This document shows positions 10,088 through 18,639 of a stretch of 64,000 nucleotides of DNA, in pieces. The position numbers and the translations under genes were made by a program. Positions within the stretch are counted from its first letter, which is position 1. Every line of letters starts with the position of its first letter. Below the pieces are notes generated by a model, which was given only the letters and a program-made list of their open reading frames with translations, had not been told where the DNA came from and did not search any database. This stretch comes from Candidatus Accumulibacter sp. 66-26 (GTDB lineage Bacteria > Pseudomonadota > Gammaproteobacteria > Burkholderiales > Rhodocyclaceae), in contig MKUH01000019.1 of assembly GCA_001897745.1 (NCBI GenBank), positions 250,332 to 314,331 of the forward strand, written 5' to 3'.

Positions 10088-11134
10088 ATGAGTTTTCAGG
10101 TCAGCATCCAGCCCAGCCAGCACAGTTTCAGCGCCGAGGCCGACGAGACGATCCTCGAGGCCGCGCTGCGCCACGGGCTGACGCTGCCCTACGGCTGCCG
10201 CGACGGGGCCTGTGGCGCCTGCCGCGGCAAGGTGCTGGCCGGCACGGTCGAACACGGCAAGGCGCAGCCGCACGCGCTGTCCGAAGCCGACCGCGCCGCC
10301 GGCCTCGCGCTCTTCTGCTGCGCCAGCGCGCAGAGCGACCTGACCATCGAATGCAAGGAAGTGCGTGCCCTCAGCGACATCCCGGTCAAGACGCTGCCGG
10401 CGCGCGTGCAGAAGCTCGAACGGGTGGCGCCCGACGTGATGCTCGTCGAACTCAAGCTGCCGGCCAGCGAGCGCCTGCAATTCCTCGCCGGCCAGTACAT
10501 CGACATCCTGCTCAAGGACGGCAAGCGGCGCGCCTTTTCGCTGGCCAACGCGCCGCACGACGACGCCTGCCTGCAGCTGCACGTCCGCCAGGTTCCGGGC
10601 GGCCAGTTCACCGGGCACGTGTTCGACGCCATGAAGGAGCGCGACATCCTGCGCTTCAACGGCCCGCACGGCACCTTCTTCCTGCGCGAGGACTCGGACA
10701 AACCGCTCCTGCTGGTCGCCGGCGGCACCGGCTTCGCGCCGATCAAGGCCATCGTCGAGCACGCCATTGCCGAACAATGCACGCGCCCGCTGAGCATCTA
10801 CTGGGGCGGCCGCACGCGCGCCGACCTCTATCTGGCGACGCTCGCCGAGCAATGGGCCGCCGCGCACCCGCACATCCGCTTCGTGCCGGTGCTCTCCGAT
10901 GCCACCGCCGCCGACGCCTGGGACGGGCGCAGCGGCTTCGTGCATGCCGCCGCGATGCAGGACTTCCCCGATCTGTCGGCGCATCAGGCCTACGTTTGCG
11001 GCTCGCCGGCGATGGTCGCCGCCGCCCGGCGCGACTTTGTCGCACAATGCGGGCTGCCCGAGGACGAGTTCTTCGCCGATTCCTTCGACTTCGCCAACGA
11101 CGGCGCCCCCGACAATCCGACCAATCCAGGCTGA
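10088..11134 (+). CDS. 2Fe-2S ferredoxin / FNR-type flavin reductase fusion (CDP-6-deoxy-delta-3,4-glucoseen reductase-like)
   Basis: 348 aa from MSFQVSI, preceded by GGGGAGAG. It has a plant-type cluster motif (CRDGACGACRGKV...FCC), an RAFSLAN FAD motif and a GGTGFAP NAD motif. Confidence 0.85.
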   Translation: MSFQVSIQPSQHSFSAEADETILEAALRHGLTLPYGCRDGACGACRGKVLAGTVEHGKAQPHALSEADRAAGLALFCCASAQSDLTIECKEVRALSDIPVKTLPARVQKLERVAPDVMLVELKLPASERLQFLAGQYIDILLKDGKRRAFSLANAPHDDACLQLHVRQVPGGQFTGHVFDAMKERDILRFNGPHGTFFLREDSDKPLLLVAGGTGFAPIKAIVEHAIAEQCTRPLSIYWGGRTRADLYLATLAEQWAAAHPHIRFVPVLSDATAADAWDGRSGFVHAAAMQDFPDLSAHQAYVCGSPAMVAAARRDFVAQCGLPEDEFFADSFDFANDGAPDNPTNPG

Positions 11135-11139
11135 CCGCC

Positions 11140-12312
11140 ATGTCCGACGTCTTCATTTCCCGCCAGCCGCTGGTCAATCGCCAGAGCCGGATCATCGCCA
11201 CGCGCCTGACGCTGCACCTCGGCGGCGGATCGACGCAGGACGCGGCCCGCACCCTCAACGCGCTCGCCGACGTCTGGCCGCTCGGCGAGAAGTCGGTCTT
11301 TATCGGCTGCGGCGGCACGTCCTGCGACCTCGGCCTGCTCGACTGGGTGGTGCCGGAAAACGCGACCATCGAACTGCATTCGGCGCCCTTCCTCGGCGAC
11401 GGCGCGGGTACCTTCGTCGCCGCCCTGCGGGCGCAGCGCCCGGCGCTCTGCCTCGATTTCGACGCGCAGACGGCGCAGGTGATCGAGAGCGGCGTGAAGT
11501 TCCGCTTCATCGGTTTCGACGCGCTGAGCTTTACCCCGGCCCAGCTCAAGGTTCTCGTCGCCAAGACGCAGCCCTACGGTATCGCGATCGCCTTCAACGT
11601 CGAGAATGCGCAGGACTTCCAGGCCTGCCTCGACGCCGGCATGAACGCCGCCGCCAGCTGGTTTTTCAAGCAGCCGACCGCGGCGCCGGCCAAGGCGCTA
11701 AACCCGGGGCAGGCGCAGATCGTGCGCGTGCTCAATCTGGTGCGCCACAACGCGGACGTCAAGGAAATCGAAGCGGCGCTCAAGCTGGACGTCGCGCTCT
11801 CCTACAAGCTGCTGCGCTACATCAACTCGGCCGGTTTCGGACTGTCGTGCGAAATCCAGTCCTTCCGCCATGCGGTGACCATTCTCGGCTACGAAAAACT
11901 CAACAAATGGCTGTCGCTACTGCTCGCCACAGCGAGCAAGGACCCGATGGCGCCGGCCCTGATGCACACCGCGTTGACCCGCGCCCGCTTCATGGAGCTG
12001 CTGGCGCAGGGATTGGTGGACAAGGGCGAACACGACAACCTGTTCATCACCGGCGCCTTTTCGCTGCTCGACGCGCTGCTCGGCGTCGATATGGAACAGG
12101 TGCTCGAGGCCATGCACCTGCCCGAGCCGATCTGCGACGCGCTGCTCGGCAACGGCGGACTCTACGCCCCCTTCCTCGATCTGGCGCAGGCCTGCGAGGG
12201 CCGCGACGGCGGCGCCATCGCCGAACAGGCCGGCATGCTCGGCCTCTCGGCCGAACAGCTCAACCGCGCGCACATGCAGGCGCTGGCTTTCGCCGACTCG
12301 ATGGAATTCTGA
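11140..12312 (+). CDS. signalling protein with a degenerate EAL-like N-domain and a C-terminal HDOD domain (COG3434-like)
   Basis: 390 aa starting 5 nt after the reductase stop. The HDOD-like segment is LKLDVALSYKLLRYINSAGFG...FRHAVTILGYEKLNKW. The N-terminus is FISRQPLVNR..TRLTLH. Confidence 0.75.
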   Translation: MSDVFISRQPLVNRQSRIIATRLTLHLGGGSTQDAARTLNALADVWPLGEKSVFIGCGGTSCDLGLLDWVVPENATIELHSAPFLGDGAGTFVAALRAQRPALCLDFDAQTAQVIESGVKFRFIGFDALSFTPAQLKVLVAKTQPYGIAIAFNVENAQDFQACLDAGMNAAASWFFKQPTAAPAKALNPGQAQIVRVLNLVRHNADVKEIEAALKLDVALSYKLLRYINSAGFGLSCEIQSFRHAVTILGYEKLNKWLSLLLATASKDPMAPALMHTALTRARFMELLAQGLVDKGEHDNLFITGAFSLLDALLGVDMEQVLEAMHLPEPICDALLGNGGLYAPFLDLAQACEGRDGGAIAEQAGMLGLSAEQLNRAHMQALAFADSMEF

Positions 12313-12363
12313 GCGGACGCGGCGCCCGCCGACGGACCAGGCCGGCGGGAAGGCGCGCTGCCC

Positions 12364-13068
12364 TCACTCGCCGAGATAGGCCGCACGTACGCGCGGATTG
12401 GCCAACAAGTCCGCCGCATCGCCGGTCAGCGTGATCTCGCCGCTCTCCATGACGTAGCCCCGCCGGCTGCTTTCCAGCGCCAGCCTGGCGTTCTGCTCGA
12501 CGAGCAGGACCGTCATCCCGTCGGCCGCGACGCTGCGGATCACCTCGAAGATCTTCTGCACCATCAGCGGCGCCAGGCCCATCGACGGTTCGTCGAGCAG
12601 CAGCAATTTAGGGCGGCCCATCAGCGCGCGGCCGATCGCCAACATCTGCTGCTCGCCGCCCGACAGCGTGCCGGCCAGTTGCTGCGCGCGCTCTTCGAGA
12701 CGGGGGAAATAGCCGAACATGCGCGCGATGTCCGCCTTGACCGCCGCCGCGTCGTGGCGGCGGTAGGCGCCCATCAGCAGATTCTCGACGATCGTCATGC
12801 GCGGAAAGACGCCGCGCCCCTCGGGCACCAGCGCGATGCCCTGCGCGATCAGCTCATGCGGCGGCAGCGCCGAGATTTCCCGGCCGCCGCAGCGGACGCT
12901 GCCGCCGGCCGCGTCGAGCAGGCGCGCCAGCGCTTTCAGCGTGCTCGTCTTGCCCGCCCCGTTGGCGCCGATCAGGGCGACCGTCTCGCCCGCCTCGACG
13001 TGGAAGGTGATGCCGCGCACGGCCTGGATGCCGCCGTAGGCGACGCGAAGTCCGGTCACTTCGAGCAC
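12364..13068 (-). CDS. livF: branched-chain amino acid ABC transporter ATP-binding protein LivF
   Basis: 234 aa with a GTG start behind AGGAG. It has Walker A GANGAGKTS and the LSGGEQQ signature. Confidence 0.92.
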   Translation of the reverse strand: MLEVTGLRVAYGGIQAVRGITFHVEAGETVALIGANGAGKTSTLKALARLLDAAGGSVRCGGREISALPPHELIAQGIALVPEGRGVFPRMTIVENLLMGAYRRHDAAAVKADIARMFGYFPRLEERAQQLAGTLSGGEQQMLAIGRALMGRPKLLLLDEPSMGLAPLMVQKIFEVIRSVAADGMTVLLVEQNARLALESSRRGYVMESGEITLTGDAADLLANPRVRAAYLGE

Positions 13069-13077
13069 GCAAATCTC

Positions 13078-13848
13078 CTAGGCACCCAGATAGGCTTCGA
13101 TGACGCGCGGGTCCTTCTGCACCACGGCAGGGACGTCCTCGCAGATTTTTGCGCCGTAGTCGAGCACGGCGACGCGGTCGCACAGACCCATCACGAGCTT
13201 CACGTCGTGTTCGATGAGCAGGACGGTGACGCCGTCCCGGCGGATGCCTTCGATCAGCACGCGCAGTTCGCCGGTTTCGGTCGCGTTCATGCCGGCCGCC
13301 GGCTCGTCGAGCGCCAGCAGCTTCGGCTCGGTGGCCAGCGCGCGGGCGATTTCGAGCCGGCGCTGGTCGCCGTACGACAGATGCTTGGCGAGGTCGTCGG
13401 CGCGGTCGGCGATATGCACGTAATGCAGCAGCTCTTCGGCGCGGCGGCGGATCGCCGCCTCCTCGGCACGCGTACGGCGGTCGCGCAGCACGGCCCCGAG
13501 CACGCCGGCACGGGTGCGCACGTGGCGCCCGACCATCACGTTCTCCAGCGCCGTCATGTTGGCGAACAGACGGATGTTCTGGAAGGTGCGCGCGATTCCC
13601 TGCGCGGCCGCCTTGTGCGGCGCGCTGGCCTGCAATTCGCGGCCGGCGAAGACGAGGTCCCCGCCGTCCGGCGTGTACAGCCCGGTGAGCACGTTGAAGA
13701 AAGTCGTCTTGCCCGCTCCGTTCGGTCCGATCAGGCCGTAGATTTCGCCCGCGCGGATACTTAGCGACACGTCGCGCAGCGCCTGCACGCCGCCGAACTG
13801 CTTGGCGACCCGGCGCGCGTCCAGAAGGAGTTCGCCCCCCCCGCTCAT
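13078..13848 (-). CDS. livG: branched-chain amino acid ABC transporter ATP-binding protein LivG
   Basis: 256 aa from MSGGGELLL with Walker A GPNGAGKTT and the LSYGDQRR signature. The ATG overlaps the livM stop. Confidence 0.92.
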   Translation of the reverse strand: MSGGGELLLDARRVAKQFGGVQALRDVSLSIRAGEIYGLIGPNGAGKTTFFNVLTGLYTPDGGDLVFAGRELQASAPHKAAAQGIARTFQNIRLFANMTALENVMVGRHVRTRAGVLGAVLRDRRTRAEEAAIRRRAEELLHYVHIADRADDLAKHLSYGDQRRLEIARALATEPKLLALDEPAAGMNATETGELRVLIEGIRRDGVTVLLIEHDVKLVMGLCDRVAVLDYGAKICEDVPAVVQKDPRVIEAYLGA

Positions 13849-14924
13849 CGGGCGTCGCCCCGGAATTCGCGCCGCCGCGTCGGCGACGGCCACAGGCCGG
13901 CCGGGCGGTAGAGCATGACGACGATCAGCGCCAGGCCGAAAAGCAGCATGCGCAGCGCCTCGGGATCGAGCAGCACCTTGCCGAACAGCATCTGCTGCAC
14001 GGGGCCGGCGCCGTGCCGGAAGATTTCCGGCAGGACGGTGAGCAGGATGCCGCCGAGGATGACGCCCGGGATATGCCCCATGCCGCCGAGAACGACCATG
14101 CACAGCACCATGATCGACTCCATCAAGCTGAACGATTCCGGGCTGACGAATGCCTGGAAGCCGGCGAACAGGCCGCCGGCGACCCCGCCAAAGCTGGCGC
14201 CCATGGCGAAGGCCAGCAGCTTGATGTTGCGCGTGTTGATGCCGCAGGCCTTGGCCGCGATCTCGTCCTCGCGGATCGCCACCCAGGCCCGCCCGATGCG
14301 CGAATGCTCCAGGCGGATGGTGACGAACACGATGAGCAGCGCGAGCGCCAGGAAGAGATAGTAGTAGCCGTGCAGCGAGGGAATCGTGAAGCCGAGGAAC
14401 TCCATCGGCCTGGCCAGCGAGACGCCGCCTAGGCGAATCGGATCGATGCCGGAAATCCCCTGCGGACCGTTCGTGATGTTGAGCGGCGCGTTCAGGTTGT
14501 TCAGGAAGATGCGCACGATCTCGCCGAAGCCGAGCGTCACGATCGCCAGATAGTCGCCGCGCAGGCGCAGCGTCGGCGCGCCGAGCAGGATGCCGAAGAA
14601 GCCGGCGAGCGCGGCGCCGGCCGGAATGATCGCCCACACCGGCAGGTGCAGCCCGAAGTGCGGGCTGGCGAGCAGCGCGTAGAGATAGGCGCCGACCGCG
14701 TAGAAGGCGATGTAGCCGAGATCGAGCAGGCCCGCGAAACCGACGACGATGTTCAGGCCGAGCGCCAGCATGATGTAGAGCAGTGCGAAGTCGAGGATGC
14801 GCAGCCAGGAGTTGCCCAGCCCGTTGCCGACCAGAAAGGGCAGCGCGGCGAGCAGCAGGCCGAGAAAGAGCGTCGCCCCGAGCGCGGCGCGGCGGCTGTG
14901 GCGCAGGCGATCGAGGAAGCTCAT
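13845..14924 (-). CDS. livM: branched-chain amino acid ABC transporter permease LivM
   Basis: 359-aa polytopic membrane ORF. ATGA overlap with livH. Confidence 0.9.
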   Translation of the reverse strand: MSFLDRLRHSRRAALGATLFLGLLLAALPFLVGNGLGNSWLRILDFALLYIMLALGLNIVVGFAGLLDLGYIAFYAVGAYLYALLASPHFGLHLPVWAIIPAGAALAGFFGILLGAPTLRLRGDYLAIVTLGFGEIVRIFLNNLNAPLNITNGPQGISGIDPIRLGGVSLARPMEFLGFTIPSLHGYYYLFLALALLIVFVTIRLEHSRIGRAWVAIREDEIAAKACGINTRNIKLLAFAMGASFGGVAGGLFAGFQAFVSPESFSLMESIMVLCMVVLGGMGHIPGVILGGILLTVLPEIFRHGAGPVQQMLFGKVLLDPEALRMLLFGLALIVVMLYRPAGLWPSPTRRREFRGDAR

Positions 14925-15844
14925 GCGCGTTCCGCCGCTTTCTCGCCGACCAGGCCGGACGGACGGAAGACAAGGACGCAGATGAGGACGAAGAAGGCGA
15001 ACACGTCCTGATAATGGCTGCCGAGAAAGCCGCCGGTGAGATCGCCGATGTAGCCGGCGCCGAGCGATTCGATGAGGCCGAGCAGGATGCCGCCGAGCAT
15101 GGCGCCGCCGAGCTTGCCGATGCCGCCGAGCACCGCCGCGGTGAAGGCCTTGAGGCCGAGGATGAAACCCATGTAGTAATGGGCGATCGAGTAGTTGGCG
15201 CTGACCATCAGGCCGGCCACGGCGGCCAGCGCGGAGCCGATGACGAAGGTGAGCGAGATGATGCGGTTGATGTCGACCCCCATCAGCTGCGCAATCGCCG
15301 GGTTCTCGGCGGTCGCGCGCATGGCGCGGCCGAGGCGCGTGCGCTGGACGAGCAGCATCAGGCCGCCCATCATCAGCGCGGCGATCAGGACGATGGCGAC
15401 CTGCAGACTGGTGATCGTCGCGCCGAAGACCTCGTGCTGCGACGTCGGCAGGATCGGCGGAAAGGCGTGATAGTTGCGCCCCCAGATCAGCATCGCGAGA
15501 TTCTGCAGGACGATCGAGACGCCGATCGCGGTGATCAGCGGCGCCAGGCGCGGCGCCCGGCGCAGCGGGCGGTAGGCGACGCGCTCGATGGTGAAGCCGA
15601 CCGCCATGCAGACCGGCGCCGCGGCGCCCAGCCCGACCAGCGCGACGACGACGCCCGGCAGCCCGCTGTCGGCGAGCAGCCTGATCACCGCGAGAGCAAC
15701 CAGCGCGCCGATCATCACCACCTCGCCGTGCGCGAAGTTGATCAGGCCCATGATGCCGTAGACCATCGTGTAGCCGAGCGCGACGAGGGCGTAGATGCTA
15801 CCGAGCACGAGGCCGTTGATGATTTGCTGAAGAAGGATGTCCAT
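14921..15844 (-). CDS. livH: branched-chain amino acid ABC transporter permease LivH
   Basis: 307 aa from MDILLQQIINGLVLGS. Polytopic membrane protein. Confidence 0.9.
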   Translation of the reverse strand: MDILLQQIINGLVLGSIYALVALGYTMVYGIMGLINFAHGEVVMIGALVALAVIRLLADSGLPGVVVALVGLGAAAPVCMAVGFTIERVAYRPLRRAPRLAPLITAIGVSIVLQNLAMLIWGRNYHAFPPILPTSQHEVFGATITSLQVAIVLIAALMMGGLMLLVQRTRLGRAMRATAENPAIAQLMGVDINRIISLTFVIGSALAAVAGLMVSANYSIAHYYMGFILGLKAFTAAVLGGIGKLGGAMLGGILLGLIESLGAGYIGDLTGGFLGSHYQDVFAFFVLICVLVFRPSGLVGEKAAERA

Positions 15845-15895
15845 CGGTCCGCCAGGCTTCGGATTGTTCGGGCGGCGCCCTGCGGCGCGGGACAC

Positions 15896-15919
15896 AAAAA
15901 CGGCACCCTTAGGTGCCGT
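15896..15919 (-). terminator. intra-operon hairpin with U tract after the binding-protein gene
   Basis: The minus strand reads ACGGCACC-UAAG-GGUGCCGU followed by UUUUU. It lies between the livK-like stop and the livH start. Confidence 0.55.
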
Positions 15920-15967
15920 TGCTGCGCATGTCAATGCACGGGAAATGCTCCGTCGCGCCGCGGGCGA

Positions 15968-17359
15968 CTATTTCTTCTCGACCGCCGCCTTGGTCGCCTC
16001 GGCGGCGTTCTTCACGGCGTCGGCGCCGGCCTTGACGCCTTCCCGGGCCATCTCCTTGGCGGCTTCGCCGGCGGCCTTGGCCGCCTCGCCGGTCGCCTTG
16101 GCGGCTTCCTTCACCGCCTCCTTGGCTTCCGCGACGGCTTCCTGGGCGCCGGCCGCGGGCTCGCCGCCGAGCGTCTCGACGTACTCCCACTTGCCGTCCT
16201 TGACCCGATACAGCGAAATCGAACCGCCCTTCAGGTCGCCCAGAGCGTCGAACTGGATGCGCGCCGTCACCCCCGGGTAGTCGGTCTTGCCGACTTCCGC
16301 CAGATAGACCGCCGGATCGACCGAATTGGCCCGCTTCATGGCGTCCGCCGCGACCATCACGGCGTCGTAGACGTACGGCGCATAGAGCTGGATCTGGCCG
16401 TACTTGGCAGTGAACTTGTCGCCGAAGTCCTTGCCGCCCGGCATCTTCTCGAGCGGCACGCCGGGCAGCGAGCAGTACTGGCCTTCCGTCGCATCGCCGC
16501 CGAGCTTGATGAACTCGGGCGTACAGCCGCCGTCGCCGGTCAGGAACTTGGCCTTCAGGCCGAGCGTCTTCATCTGCTTGGCCATCGGGCCGCCCTGCGC
16601 GTCCATGCCGCCGTAGAAGACGAGGTCGGGCTTCTTCGACTTGATCTTGGTCAGGATGGCGGCAAAATCGGTCGCCTTGTCGGTGGTGAATTCGCGCGTC
16701 GCGACCTTGGCGCCGGCGGCGACGGCGGCCTTCTCGAACTCGTCGGCCAGCCCCTGGCCGTAGGCCGAGCGGTCGTCGACGATGGCCACCGTCTTGGCGG
16801 CCAGCTGCTGCACGGCGAAGCCGCCGAGGATCTTGCCCTGCTGGACGTCGTTGGCCATCACGCGAAACGCCGTCTTGAAGCCCTGCTGCGTGTATTTCGG
16901 ATTGGTCGCGGAACCGGAAATCTGCGGAATGCCCGCGTCGGCGTAGAGCTTGGAGGCGGGAATCGTGGTGCCGGAATTGAGGTGACCGATGACGCCGTTG
17001 ACCTTCGCATCGACCAGCTTCTGGGCGACGATGGTGCCCTGCTTCGGATCGGCCTGGTCGTCCTCGGCGAGCAACTCGAACCGGACTTTCGCGCCGCCGA
17101 TTTCCAGGCCGCGGGCGTTGAGCTCATCGACCGCCATGCGCGCGCCGTTCTCGTTGTCCTTGCCGAGGTGCGCCTGCGGACCGGTGAGCGGCGCGACGTG
17201 ACCGAGCCGCACCGTCACTTCCGGCGCCGCCGCTGGAACGGGGACCGCGGCGACCTGCGGCTTCGCCTCTTCCTTCTGCCCGCAGCCGGCCGTGACAAAA
17301 GCGGCGGCGAGGGCGGCGGCAACTGCAAGCATCGTGCTGGGAACGCGCGTGAACTGCAT
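15968..17359 (-). CDS. LivK/LivJ-type periplasmic amino-acid-binding lipoprotein with an Ala/Lys/Glu-rich C-terminal extension
   Basis: 463 aa from MQFTRVP with a signal peptide ending in VTAGC (lipobox-like). The type I PBP body is followed by a tail of about 60 aa, EAVAEAKEAVKEAAKATGEAAKAAGEAAKEMA... Confidence 0.88.
   Translation of the reverse strand: MQFTRVPSTMLAVAAALAAAFVTAGCGQKEEAKPQVAAVPVPAAAPEVTVRLGHVAPLTGPQAHLGKDNENGARMAVDELNARGLEIGGAKVRFELLAEDDQADPKQGTIVAQKLVDAKVNGVIGHLNSGTTIPASKLYADAGIPQISGSATNPKYTQQGFKTAFRVMANDVQQGKILGGFAVQQLAAKTVAIVDDRSAYGQGLADEFEKAAVAAGAKVATREFTTDKATDFAAILTKIKSKKPDLVFYGGMDAQGGPMAKQMKTLGLKAKFLTGDGGCTPEFIKLGGDATEGQYCSLPGVPLEKMPGGKDFGDKFTAKYGQIQLYAPYVYDAVMVAADAMKRANSVDPAVYLAEVGKTDYPGVTARIQFDALGDLKGGSISLYRVKDGKWEYVETLGGEPAAGAQEAVAEAKEAVKEAAKATGEAAKAAGEAAKEMAREGVKAGADAVKNAAEATKAAVEKK
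16055..16117. repeat. three tandem 21-nt units inside the livK-like 3' end
   Basis: The three units are ccttggcggcttcgccggcgg, ccttggccgcctcgccggtcg and ccttggcggcttccttcaccg. They encode heptad-like (G/T)EAAKAA units. Confidence 0.7.
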
Positions 17360-17409
17360 GGTTCGACCTCCGGAGGCAGTGGGCGATGAAGGGAACATCA
17401 GTGCGGTCG

Positions 17410-17438
17410 ATTCTGCGGACGCCCCCCGCCCTTGTCAA
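17410..17438 (-). promoter_or_regulatory. candidate sigma70 promoter of the liv operon
   Basis: The minus strand reads TTGACA-17 nt-CAGAAT, about 50 nt upstream of the ATG. The -35 box sits inside the palindrome TGTCAACATGACA (17433-17445). Confidence 0.45.
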
Positions 17439-17461
17439 CATGACAATGGCGCAACGCCCAT

Positions 17462-17487
17462 AAAAAACCGGCCCGCGGGCCGGCTTT
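17462..17487 (-). terminator. rho-independent terminator after the cytochrome c gene
   Basis: A perfect 16-nt GC palindrome (ccggcccgcgggccgg) is followed on the minus strand by UUUUUU. Confidence 0.8.
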
Positions 17488-17510
17488 CTGGAACGCCTCG
17501 CGGCGCCCGA

Positions 17511-17816
17511 TCACTTCAGGCTGAGAATCCACTTCACCAGCTTGTGCGCTTCTTCCGGCTTGACCGCGGCGTTCGGCGGCATCGGCACTTCGCCCCAGGA
17601 GCCCTTACCGCCCTTGAGGACCTTCTCGACCAGCTTGTCTTCGTCCTTGGCGGTGTACTTCTTGGCGACATCCTTGTAGGAGGGGCCGACGATCTTCTTG
17701 TCGACGGAGTGGCAGGCCATGCAGTTCTTGGCCTTGGCCAGGGCTTCGTCGGCCTGGACGGCGCCGGCGCTCAGGATGCCGGCGGCAGCCAGCAGGGACA
17801 CGTAGATTGCTTTCAT
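17511..17816 (-). CDS. periplasmic class I c-type cytochrome (c551/c552-like)
   Basis: 101 aa with a signal peptide, a single CMACH haem motif and a distal Met in VPMPPN. GGAG precedes the start. Confidence 0.9.
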   Translation of the reverse strand: MKAIYVSLLAAAGILSAGAVQADEALAKAKNCMACHSVDKKIVGPSYKDVAKKYTAKDEDKLVEKVLKGGKGSWGEVPMPPNAAVKPEEAHKLVKWILSLK

Positions 17817-18017
17817 TCTCTCGCTCCGTTCGTTTAATGGATGTGAAAAGCGCCGATATTATTTCACTTTGTGCCGCTTGGAAAGCTTATCCGGCAACTT
17901 CTTTCCCCGCGCAAACCCCCATAAATTCAGGGGAAAACGCCTTTCGGTTAACGCGCACGGCGGGACGCGCGTTGACACACTCCCGTCCGGAACGCTGCCG
18001 GCCGGTGTTTTCTATCG

Positions 18018-18635
18018 TCAATGATGCGCCGACGAGGCGAGCAGCACGCCGGCGCCGACGAAAACACCGCCGAACACCCGATTCTGCGCGCGCATTGCGC
18101 GGGCGCCGTTGAGCCACGGACGCAGGCGGGCGACGAGCAGCGCGTAGCACGACATCACCACGGTATCGATCGCGCACATGGTCGCGGCGATGATCAGAAA
18201 CTGCGGCCACTGGGGGCGCGCCGGGTCGATGAACTGCGGGACCAGCGCGGCGATGAAGACGATCGCCTTGGGGTTCGAGAGGTTGACCAGCACCCCTTGC
18301 AGATACAGGTTGCGCGGCGCGACGGGCGCATCCGCGTCGCCGACCGGCTGCGGCGGCGAGCGCCACTTCTGGACGCCGAGCCAGATCAGGTAGGCGGCGC
18401 CGGCGATCTTGACGATGTCGAAGGCGAGCGCCGAGGTGGCGAGCAGCGCGCCGAGGCCGCCGGCGACGATCGCCAGCTGGATGAGCAGCGCCGTCTGCAG
18501 GCCGAGAATCGCACGCAACGCGGCGCCGTAGCCGTAGCGCAGGCCGGCGCTCATGCTGGTCACCGCCCCCGGTCCGGGCGTGACGGCGATGACGATCGCC
18601 GCCGCCAGGAAACCGAGCCAGAGCGAGAAGGCCAT
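18018..18635 (-). CDS. LysE/RhtB family amino-acid exporter
   Basis: 205-aa six-helix ORF with the family-typical N-terminus (FLAAAIVIAVTPGPG). It starts 4 nt after the ilvD stop. Confidence 0.85.
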   Translation of the reverse strand: MAFSLWLGFLAAAIVIAVTPGPGAVTSMSAGLRYGYGAALRAILGLQTALLIQLAIVAGGLGALLATSALAFDIVKIAGAAYLIWLGVQKWRSPPQPVGDADAPVAPRNLYLQGVLVNLSNPKAIVFIAALVPQFIDPARPQWPQFLIIAATMCAIDTVVMSCYALLVARLRPWLNGARAMRAQNRVFGGVFVGAGVLLASSAHH

Positions 18636-18639
18636 GCGC

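Noticed and set aside
14783-17389. Very long ORFs in the supplied track that lie antisense to or out of frame with recognisable genes. Examples are 14783-17389 (868 aa), 37128-39026, 39787-41772, 29712-31931, 18553-20505, 50746-52287 and 10899-12434.
   Set aside because: Their translations are low-complexity Arg/Ala/Gly/Pro/Asp-rich strings typical of stop-poor alternative frames in high-GC DNA. Each overlaps a gene with clear family motifs in another frame.
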